From Bugula neritina (lineage: Eukaryota; Animalia; Bryozoa), in the NCBI GenBank assembly GCA_964035545.1, contig OZ037765.1, positions 744,001 to 808,000 of the forward strand: a DNA stretch of 64,000 nt. The letters are read 5' to 3'. Shown here one piece after another: positions 42,501 to 54,500 of the stretch. How positions within the stretch are numbered: position 1 is the first letter of the stretch; each line of letters begins with the position of its first letter. Under the pieces are notes generated by a model, which saw only the letters and a program-made list of their open reading frames with translations, had not been told where the DNA came from and made no database searches. The position numbers were made by a program, and so were the translations under genes.

Positions 42501-45381
42501 GTCTATCAATATACCTATGCTGAAGGCAATAAATTTACTTACATTTTTACTCTAAAACATATTGTCATAGGCCTAACTGGTGGCTATATAGATAAAAACC
42601 ATTAATCATAAATTTGCTATGTTAGGTGTAAATACTATGATTAGTTGCTTTTTAATTAATTTTTATAGAAAACTTTTGTTTAGAAGCTGATATTAAAAAT
42701 AAAATTTTGAGGCACAGCCTATATGCCAACCATATGTTTGTTTGTCTACTTTGTGTCTGGAAGACATGAAATTTGAAACAAAATAAATATTTTTGCCTCT
42801 GTTTTGTAGATACAAGAGCTGCCAGCAGACGAACAGTTCTCTGACTCATACAAGGTAAGTGTTGACAACTCTCACACAATGACCTCTAACTTATAGTATT
42901 CTTTACTCATTTCAGTATGATACAATTATTATACAATAATATGCAACAGGCATATGTAAATTGATTTATTATCATTATACATGTTTATTTATTCTTTAAA
43001 CAAAATATAAAGCAGCATCTAGAATGTTAAATTAGCTATTGCTATTTTAAATCTGCAATATCCTAAATGTAGTACAAATTTTTGCAAATCATATCCAATT
43101 GCATGTTGCCACTTTATTGAGAATTATTCTGCTATATGAGGGAGCTCTGTGCTGTATCTTTTGCAAACTTGAATAATCATTTCAATCATTTGGATATGTA
43201 GCCTGAAATCATTAAAATAGACCATTGAATTGTTAAAAAGAGAGTTATATATTATAGAATAATTATATAAATATCAATCTGTATGTCATTTCAGTGGGAC
43301 ATTGTAGCAAACAAGGCAAAGCTTTTTATTGAAACAAAGTTCATTGATCTGACAACTCCTAAATTTGAAAAACTCGATGACTTTAACGCAGTTTACAAAG
43401 GAAATCTTCCACTTCCTTATGTAAGTTATCCTCTTTATTTGATATGCACTTTAATATGGCAAATATATACTAATTATATTAATTCACAATTAGAACCAAA
43501 TGCTGAAATATCTTAAAACCCTTTAGGACTACATATTGCATGCTTGGAGGGAAGAATAGTGTTTTTCTTAAATAAGACATTATTGAAAAAATAAAATATG
43601 GTTTAGGTTCTATATTCAACATTTAAAAAATGTTAGGGTGTTGAGAAACTTCTGAAAGTTTGAAAAGCCGCTCATTTGAGCAAGCAAATTTGCTCATCCA
43701 AAGCACCATGACTGCCAAAAGCATACATGTTATCTTCATAAAAAAAGCAATTGCAGAAAAGCTATTATTTATTCATGTTTGGCAAAATATTAAAATTTTT
43801 CTTTTACATTGTTGGAAAGAATAATTATAATAAATTTTGTATTTTGCACAGCTAAACATAGCAAATATTTTTACATATCCTAGCTGGTTATTTTTATGAA
43901 CTTAAAAATTATTTTCGCATTTATATTCAAAATGCATTTCATTTATAAAATGTAGTTATGTGAATTTTGTGCAATTTTTTGGAAATGCTGATTTTATTCT
44001 TGATTAAATGTATTAACTTATATAGCCAACTTTATTTGCTGATTTACAATATTTTTTCACCAGGGTGCTAACATGTGGAGGAAAGACGAAGAGTTTGGAA
44101 ACCAGCGACTCTCTGGATGTAATCCTCTAAAACTAAGGCTATGCCAAGCCATACCAGAAAAGTAAGTGGTTACTGCAGGCTATGACGTGGTTGAGGTCAA
44201 GGTAAACATACCTGACCTGTTAACCATGACCTTGAAGTAGAATAGTCTAGACTATAAACTTAAGGCTACTTTAACATTTATTCGATGCTTATTTTCTGAT
44301 TATCACATTTTTATATTTTGTTGACTTTCATGCAACAAACTCAGTCCTTAGAAGTTACCTCCTCATGTTGCAACTTACATCGATGCCATTTTATTGATAG
44401 TCAAATGTAAGCAGATTTCAACACAAAACAAATGCTAAAAAGGCTACTTCGGATTGTTGTTGCTTAACTTATAGTAAATTAATAATGATAATATATGTTT
44501 AGTAAACAGCATGTGGATGAGGCAGCTATAACATAGGAAATCAAGCAGAATCAGAAAGCAACATTGCTTATCCAGTTGCATTTGTTAATATATTAGCAGT
44601 TTAATGCAAGAAAATATATACATAAGCGTGAAAAATACCTAAAAACTAAAGATATATAGTGTGTACTAAATTAAGTAAAATGACCCATGTACTGCAATGT
44701 ATTACTACATATTATACACTTATAACTAGTGTATATAGTATACAAGTATCACTACATATTGCAGTAAGCTATACAAGTTTATCACTAGGGTGTGTGCACT
44801 TGGCACTACTTGATATACTCTGGCATAAAGTTCTTATATATTCATTACAGCTTCGCAGTAACTGCAGAACTTGTGAAGGAGTTTCTTGAAGGCAAGACGC
44901 TAGAAGAGCGAATGGCAGAAAAGAAAATCTACATTGTAGATCTCACCTACATGGCTACTATCAAGTGTACAGCCGATAGAAAGGTAAGTGTTAATGTAAT
45001 GATGAATTACTTACATATTTGATTTTACCCAATTAAATAAAGCCTTATTAATTACAGTTGACTAATTAGATCACTAATTACTGTTGACTAATTAGATTAC
45101 TAATTACTGTTGACTAATTATATTACTAATTACTGTTGACTAATTATATTACTAATTACTGTTGACGAATTAGATTGTACTGCTTTATAAAAATATCAGT
45201 TACATGTAAATGTAATTACATAACTCAGCAGCGCTATTTATGTCTATTATAACATACAGACCCTTTCTGTTTGCCAGCTGCCAGGTCCTCTAGCTCTCTT
45301 CTATTCCAACACAGCTGGATCTCTCCTTCCTGTAGCCATTCAACTCATGCCACAACCCGCAGAAGACAACCCTGTGAGTCT

Positions 45382-45440
<59 letters not shown>

Positions 45441-45472
45441 CGTGTGTGTGTGCGTGTGTGTGCGTGTGTGTG

Positions 45473-45504
<32 letters not shown>

Positions 45505-48500
45505 TGTGTGTGTGTGTGTATGTGTGTGCCTGTGAGTCTGTGTGTGTGTGTGTGTGTGCCTGTGCGTGTGTGTGTGTGCCTGTGCGTGTGTGTGTGTGTG
45601 TATGTGTGTGCGTACAAGCGCGAGTGTGTATGTTTGCTCATCTTATGTATAATATAGTAGTATATACTTATAAGAATAAAACTGATGTAGAATACAATAT
45701 CACTCATAGGTATAATACAGTATTATACTCATGTGCATGACTCATTTTCAGGTGTTTACTCCAGCTGACCCGGAATACACTTGGCTCAGTGCCAAAATGT
45801 GGTTCAATCTCGCAGACGCCTCTCTCCACCAATCTGTCACTCATTTGGGTAAGAACTCACTCTAAATAGATGGGATAGCTTGAAAAAGTTATCTCCCCAG
45901 CATTGCAATGTAATAATATTTAGGTCTATTCACCTTTCCATTCAATATTAAATATTGATTATCTAGTTTTGATTGCTTCAATCTCAAGATTATGATTAAA
46001 CTATTTTTACAGAGCTAATGTATAGGCACACGAAACCACATATATATATATATGTAGTTCTTAAATCCCAGGCTTTGTTTGTAGTTCAAATTTGTTTATT
46101 TTTCACGCATTCAACTATAACTACCAAAAATACAAATAAATTAAAGTTTATAGTTTGCACGAGTTATTAGCTTGTAGCTTTTCAAATAAAATGATTTATG
46201 ATTTTTAGGATTCACTCACTTGATAATGGAAGCTGTAGCAGCCTGCACTCATCGGCAGTTATCTCCCTCGCATCCCATGTTCAGGCTGTTGGCACCTCAC
46301 TTTATATATCTGCTTGCCATCAACACGTAAGTGAAATAGCTACCTTAAGCCTCTCATTCCTCTAGTACTGGATTCTTTGAGTGCTGGGTACATGAAATAA
46401 TTAGAATGTAACGAAAAGATTTAGTTAAATGAATATTCATATTTTAATTTATTTGATGTAAAATGTAACTGAATCTACATTCCGAGGCTTGAGATAGGTT
46501 GATATGAGTAAGGAGACTTATAATTCAAACTGACTTGAAGTGATACTGGGATATTACAGACTGGCTGTGAACAAGTTGGTCTCCCCAAATGGGTGGGTAG
46601 ATGAGACCATGCAGATTGGGCGGACAGGAATGTTTAATCTTATTGAAAAGAACTGGGCTGACTGGGACCTGAAAAAGGATGGAAACTTGCTTGAAGATCT
46701 GAAAAGAAGAGGGGTGGACGATGTGACCGCCCTTCCAAACTACCACTATAGAGATGATGCTATACTGCTGTGGGAGGCTCTACAGAACTATGTCAGCAAA
46801 GTGGTTGATGGCGTATATGGTAAGAGTAACACTGTGTACTACAGTATCATGTGACCAATATCTACAGTATCATGTGACCAATCTTACAGAGAAGTTTTCT
46901 CCTCTTTGTAGATGAACCAGAAAAACTCGCTGCTGATCATGAACTCCAAGCCTGGGCAAAGCAAATCGTTGAAGCTGGTTTCAAGGTACCTTCACTGTGA
47001 AAGAACTATTCACTGTTTAATTAATCATTTGATTAAATCTAAAGTTTCAATAAGTGTTGCTATTGCTTAGTCTTTGAATGTAATTTCTGTTGAAGTTTTT
47101 TTAAAACTTTAAGACTTTTGTGCTTACTGTGTGAATGAATATACTGTTCAATACAGAAATCAGGTTTGAATGTCATAGTTGTCATCATAAAACGCACATC
47201 TTCTTATGTAAACCAAAAGCTACCAGCATGTATTGAAAAAAAATTTCTTTTGAGGCATTTTACACTTCGAAACTTTTAGCATTTTTCTCATAGGGTATGC
47301 CGGTTACCTTCACAAGCAACGAGGAGCTGGTAGAAGTAATCACAGTGTTCATCTTCATAGCAAGTGTGGGTCACGCCGCAGCTAACTTCTGTCAGTACGA
47401 CGAATACGCGTTTCCTCCGAACTACCCGGCTACACTGCTAGGAGAGAGGCCAAAAGACAAGGTCTGTCTAAAGTTATACTTTGTCTGCTGCTGAATAAAT
47501 AATTTGTTTTAAAATAGTTATTTCATTCGTATTGTTACACTACACTAAGAATTAGAACCAAGTTGAATGATAATAAGACATACTAATAATCTATAAGCTA
47601 GGTAAGAATTATTGTTGAAGTGATTCTTGAAAAAGTTGAACGTGTCTACTTTGCAGTGAGTTGACCTTGTATGGCAACAATGGGTCAGCTGTAAACACAT
47701 GATGGAGTATGTGGTAGACTAATTGTGCCATGTGCAGTACATACTGTATTATTCCTCGCCTTTAGGATAATTTGACTGTTGGATTATATGCAGTTATGCA
47801 TGCTCTTATACATTAACTGTTGGATTAGATTCTTGTGATAGATTATGCCTTGGTTTGTTCTTTTGTTCAATAATGTTAATTGGGGTCCGAAATTCGGAGT
47901 TCCGAATTTCGGCTTGACCGAAGATCGGTTCCCCCGATCTTCGGGCCTGCCGAATTTCGGAGCTACCGAACTTCGGGCCACACACACAAAAGATTCTTTG
48001 TTTTATGTTCTTTTGTTCGCTGTATATAAAAGCAGGCGAGTTACGGTGTTAAGCCAGTCTACTACTGGAGCTCGCCTGGACAAGTTGACATTATTTTTCT
48101 ACTATAATAAACATTTGGAACTCTACTACTTCAACCTATCTTGTTCTGCACTAAGTTACATTCAACCCACAAGTTTATCACATTGGTGGCAGCGGTGGGA
48201 TTCTGAATACTAGTGTAAGAAGAACAAGATGGCTCCAGGGGGTGAGGAGGCGACCCCTGGAGCAGCCGCGACACCAACCCTCACTGTGGAGGCTTTGGTG
48301 ACAGCCCTCCGACAGTTGCAGGGGACAGGGCAGGCGCCACCTGGTGACAGGTACCGCCTCAGTCCCCCAACTTTTGGAGGTGATGGGGATGTGGAGCAAT
48401 TCATCCGGGAGTTCCAGGACGTGGCCACCATCGCTGAATGGCCAGTGCCGGTGCGCGTCCTCCAACTCCGGGCCTGTTTGACAGGCCGGGCCAAGAGTTT

Positions 48501-51500
48501 CGCTCTGGGGCCCGATGAAGCACACATCTTACGTGCCCTAAGGGCCAGGTTTGGCATGACGTCAGAGGAGGCGTCTGACCGCCTACAGGCCCTGAGAAGG
48601 GACAGGAGGACATCGTTGGAGGACCACGCCAACGTGGTGGAACGCTTGGCCCAGGCTGCTTTCAGCCAGGCTACCGGAACGGAAAGACAGCGCCTGGTGT
48701 ACAACGCGTTTTTCCGGAGTATAAATCATCCTGACCTCCAACGCTATTGGATGGCTAGCAAGGTGGGCAGCCTGGACGAAGCTCTGGAAACGGGTAAAGC
48801 CTATTTCCAGGTAGAGGAGCTTCAGGGACCAAGATTCGCCGCCCGCCAGGTGGTCGATGAGGAGACCGCCCTACCTGCTAAACCCCAAGTAGCGGCCGCA
48901 GCAACTAAATCACTCGAGCAGACGCAGCTCACCATGTTAATGGACATGATGAAAGGCCTGCAGGCTACAGTGACGAAGTTGCAGAGCGAACAGGCGGATA
49001 GGCGGGCTCCCCGTTCGCGGGACAACCCTGTCTGCCCATCTCTGCTAACCTGTTGGGGGTGCGGGGTGCAAGGGCATGTGAGGAGGCACTGCCCTAGAGG
49101 CCAAGGGCCTTTAAACACCCAAGGCTCACGGTAACTTCCGCCAACCGTGGGCCTCACGCCAATCCCATCCGGGATAGGACTCGAAGAGGAGAGGAAGAGA
49201 CCTCCACAGGGTCTGCCGATACCGAGTGGCAGAGGCCACGGAGATCTCGGAGACCGCAAGGTCTACCCGATCCTCCGGCCGTGTCACTCGAGACCCGGAT
49301 GCAGCTAGAAGAAGCAGGATGGCAGGCACCTCGGAGATCTCGGAGACCGCAAGGTCTACCCGATCCTCCGGCCTGGCCACTCCAGAACCGGTTCGCGGGG
49401 TTGCCCGAGGAGGTTGTGGAAGAGGATTCAGCTTACTCGCAAGAGTACCCCAAGCTACCCTCCCGACCTCAGAAAACCCCCGTTGTCTCTAAGACAAAGA
49501 GGAGGCCCGCTGTGCGGACCCAAGTTGTGTCTCCCCCAGAGACTGACCGCTCCAGGAGCACCCAGCCGTATGGAAGCAGCTACTTCCTGCCCGGAAAGAT
49601 TTCGGGTAAAGCTGCCACATTCCTACTGGATACTGGGTGCACTACCAACCTGCTGAGTAGGCGTCTCTTTGACACCCTTGGTGCACGAGAGCGGGCGAGC
49701 CTCGAGCCGTATGAAGGTGCGCATGGTACGTTGGCGGACGGATCATGCATTCCTTTCTACGGCATCATTTCACTACCTGGACGCGTCCGTGATCAAGCAA
49801 TTCACGAGACGTTCATAGTCACCCAGCTGAAGGAGGACGCCATCCTGGGAATGCCGTTTCTGGAGAAACACCAGTGTCACATGGATTTCCAGAAGTCAGT
49901 GGTGGTGATGGCTGGGAAGGAACTTGTCTGCGTCGACAAGTTCGGGAGGCCCTTGGTGGGCGGAGTCCAGGTAGTGCGGGACTGCACAGTTCCGGGGAGA
50001 TCCCAGGCGACCCTTCGCTGCAGAGTCAACTGCAAAGGGATCGCCGACCTGGGGGTGGTTGAGGGAACGCACGGAGCGATCCGACTAGCAAACAGCCTGA
50101 ATCGGCTAGATGGTCGGCAAGAGCTCCTCGTGCAGTGTATCAACCCCTTCACGGAACCTGTCCGATTATCGGCCGGAGCACTGGTGGGGAAGTACCACTC
50201 CATCCAGGAAGCGGATGTGGGTCCGGCACTGGAGACAGTGGCCGACACCCAGGGGAACCCCCTTCACACCAGACGAGGAGCAGTCCCGGAGCATATGGCT
50301 GACCTGTATGATGGAGCGTGTGGAAACTGTACAAGTAGTACTGAACGCCAAGTACTGGCTCAACTACTTGCGGAGTACAGTGATGTCTTCAGTCGTGGCG
50401 ATAGAGACATGGGGCTGACCAAGGTCATCTCCCACGAGATACCCCTGGCAGCCGGCACCACTCCCATCAGGCAGCCTACCCGGCGTCTAGGCCCGGAGAA
50501 GGAGAAGGAGGTGAGCCGACAGGTACAGGATCTTCTCGACCGGGATCTGATTGAGCCTGCCCACGGTGCGTGGAGCTCTCCAGTAGTCCTGGTCAAGAAG
50601 AAAGATGGTAGCTGGAGGTTCTGTGTGGACTACCGCAGACTCAACAGCGTTACTATCCAAGACGCCTACCCTCTCCCTCGGATAGATGAGTCTCTGGATG
50701 CCCTCGCGGGTAGCAAGTACTTCAGTACTTTGGATCTGCTTAGCGGGTACTGGCAAGTGCCTCTCAGTCCTGATGCCCAGGACAAAGCAGCATTCATTAC
50801 TCGCGACGGGCTCTGGAAGTGGAAAGTACTGCCATTTGGACTAACGTCCGCCCCGGCAACTTTCCAACGGCTCATGGAGCAGGTCCTCAGTGGATTACAC
50901 TGGAAGACCCTCCTCATCTATCTGGACGACGTCATTGTCAGCTCCCCAGACTTTTCGACTCATGTCAGTCGTCTGCGGGAGGTCTTTGACCGCCTCCGGG
51001 CAGCTGGACTCAAGCTGAAGCCCTCCAAGTGTGCACTCTTGCAGCCGGAAGTCACGTACCTGGGTCATGTGGTGGGCCGTGATGGGGTCGCTACCGACCC
51101 AGAGAAGGTACAGGCTGTGAAGGAGTGGACTGTCCCCCGTGACCTCCCTGAACTGCGCGCATTCTTGGGCCTAGTAGGGTACTACCGGCAGTACATACCT
51201 GGCTTCGCAGGAGTGGCTCAGCCGTTAAATCGGCTGACCGCAAAAGGGGTCCGGTGGCAGTGGACGCAGGAGGAGCAGCAGGCATTCGACCACCTCAAGC
51301 AACGTCTAATGGAGGCGCCAATTCTGGCGTATCCTGATCCAGCCAAGGAGTACATCCTGGACACCGACGCCAGTGACCACAGCGTGGGAGCTGTCCTGTC
51401 TCAAGTCCAGGGGGGAAGTGAGGTGGTCGTGGCTTACTACAGCAAGACTCTCGCGGCCGCCGAGAAGAACTACTGCACCACTAGGAAGGAACTCCTAGCA

Positions 51501-54500
51501 GTAGTCAAGGCGGTCAAGCACTTTCGGCCATATCTGTATGGGAGAACGTTCCGTTTGCGAACAGACCATGCATCACTGATATGGCTGTGTAAACGTGCGG
51601 AGCCCTCGAGCCAGGTAGCTCGTTGGCTAGAGATTCTTGCCGAGTTCTCCTACCGGGTAGAACACCGTGCTGGCCGGAAGCACGGGAACGCCGACGGCAT
51701 GAGCCGCCGGCCGGTAGAGGACTGTAAGCAATGCCTGCACATTGAAAAGCGGGACGGGGGACCCGCTCGCCTTGACGTGGAAACAGAGTTAGGGGAGGGC
51801 GCCGTCTATCGGTGGGAGCACGGCCATCTTCGGACCGAAACCCACTCAGACGACGTCCAGGCGCTTCACGCCAACCCCACTCTGTACCAGAATGTCAAGG
51901 AGCTGTGCCGACTCCAGGAGACGCTACCCGGCGCGGTAGCAGACATTTTCCGGGCCAAGAAGGAGGGCCGACGGCCTAGTGAGGAACAGCAGCGGCAGGG
52001 AGACGTTGAGTTTCAACTCCTCTGTCGTCGCTGGGATGCCCTCAAGGTCAGTCCTGATGGCCTCCTGATGATAACGTTAGCAGCAGACAACCGTCAGCAG
52101 GAGAGGGACCGCGTCGTCTGTCCACGCGCCCTCCGACGGGAACTGATCTGGGACACCCATAAGCAGGCTCATTCTGGAGTCAGTCGGGTCATCAGGTGTC
52201 TGCGGCTGCGTTGGTATTGGCCCGGAATGACTCGGGACGTACGACTGCGGGTACGACAATGCGAGGTCTGCCAAGCTAGCAAGCATGGCCGCCCCACGGA
52301 AACCACTGGTCGACGCCGGCTGTACGCTGGTCGACCGTGGCAAGTAGTGGCGGTAGACCTTGTCGGGCCTATGCCGTTATCCGCCAGAGGGAACACCTGG
52401 ATACTGGTGCTCACGGACCACTTTACCCGGTGGGCGGATGCTCTGGCTATCCCAGACGCAACCGCCCCCCCGGTGGCCCGGACCCTGGACCAACATGTGT
52501 TCTGTTACCTCGGTTTGCCCGAGCAGATACATACGGACCAGGGTGCCCAGTTCCAGTCCCAGCTCATGGGAGACCTCTGCCGGATATGGGGGGTGAACCA
52601 GAGTCGGACCACCCCATATCACCCACAAGGGAACGGAGTCGTCGAGCGGAACAACAGGATGTTGGGTGACGCCCTCAGGAGCCTGCTCCTTGGTCGAGGT
52701 CAGGAAGAATGGGACGTGGTGCTGCCACAAATCATGCGGGCTTACCGCAGCACACCACACTCCACCACACAGGAGACCCCAAACTTCCTGATGCTAGGCC
52801 GGGAAACGCGGGTTCCGGAACACCTGACATACCATGTTCCCGCCCCCGAATCACCGGTACATGAGTACGTAGAAAGACTGACAGAGATCATGGGTAAAGC
52901 CCATGATGCACTGCGGGCCCAGCAGTGGCAGATCCGCACAGAGGACTCAGAAGAGCCCCCATTGTATCAGGTGGGAGACTGGGTCTGGATGGTGAGCTAT
53001 CGTAGGCGTCGCGGACAGTCGGCTAAACTTCAGCCCAAGTTCGTGGGTCCCTACTGCGTGGTGGAGGTGCTGGCCAACCACACATACCGTGTGGAGCGCT
53101 CTGGACAGGTCTCAGTCCAGAGCGAACAGCGCCTGAAACCATACCATGCCAGCCCAGACGCGGTGGGTCAGGCTCCACCCCTCCTGGAGCCCAACCGCCA
53201 GCCTAACCAGCGGGGGAGAGTCACCCGGCCCCGGGAGGTGGAAATTGTCATCCGAAGGGAGGCAGAACAGGAGCAGGCTGCCCTACGAGAACAGTTGGAA
53301 CAACAACAGAGGCAGGAGCAGCAGCAGCAACACGCCCCAGAGCCACCACCCCTCTTGGGGGAGGACACCCCCACCCGTATTACGGGTGAAGGCGGGGACC
53401 CCCCTACGGTGGCAACTGAGGAGCAACTGGCACCACCAGCACCCGCACCGCTGGAAAGGAGCCAGCGAGCGAGGAAACCACCCGGATATCTGGCAGACTA
53501 TCACATAGGACACCTAGGGTTGCCCCCCCAAGTGGGAATCCATCTGTCCAGGGCCATTATTCCTCCTTAGTTAGTAAATTCTTCCACCCTCCTGGAGAAT
53601 CACTACAAAAAGGAACAGTTGCAAACCGAAATTCGGAGGGCACGCGATTGTCTGAGTTGTCCCTTCAAAACTCGATGGGAATTCCCCACGATCGCGTAGC
53701 AGGTAAAAATATTGAAACACGAGGCTCGGCCATTTGCACTACTACTAACCCACTAGTAACACGCAATTTTAAAGCTGAAACTTGTAATCGAATTAATCAC
53801 AAATTGGATATGGGTATTACTCTTCCCGGTAACAACACTACAAACACAGGTATTTCATTAGAGTCAGAGCCTCCCGTACCGGAGTCTGACTCAACTGTAA
53901 TTAATTGGGCTAGTTTAGATTTGTTAGAATCTAGTTTATTAACGGAGGAAGTCGATGTGAGTTTTGGAGAAGACTCTCTAAATGAGTTTTTATTAGACCA
54001 GGACATAGGGTCAGTCACTCTCCATGACTCACCTCGGCTCCCTACCACCCACAAAGTACCCTATAAGGCGATGCCGAATTTCGGCGACGGCGAGACCGGC
54101 CTTACTCGGCCTCTGCTGTCTATTGTAGACACTGCAATGGAGTGTGATGAGGTGGAGGTCAGTCGAGTCGACTCCCCCCCTCCACCAGCCCCCGTGACGG
54201 CTCCTTGCAGCTCGCGGGTCGCCACAGACCGGACTGAGGTGCTATCCACCATGAATAGTGACCCTGTCGCCAACCCAGTTGAGCTACAATTAGCCGCCGG
54301 GGAGGAACAGGGAATACTATGCGGTGTGCCCTCCTCTACTCGAGCTGAAGACGGTGACACCCCCACCTTGGCTCTACCCCAGGCACTGGTCGCCCGCCAG
54401 TCCTGGGTCTCTCGCGACACTAATCAGAAGATTAGTGAAGCATGCGGGGCAGCGGGCAACCGCATCTGCCGGCAATGTCGGAGGAAATTCTCCTCCTCCC

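Noticed and set aside
47845-48213. LTR-encoded ORF (also 55286-55720)
   Set aside because: Reads through the palindrome array and off the LTR end into different flanks; no protein-like features.
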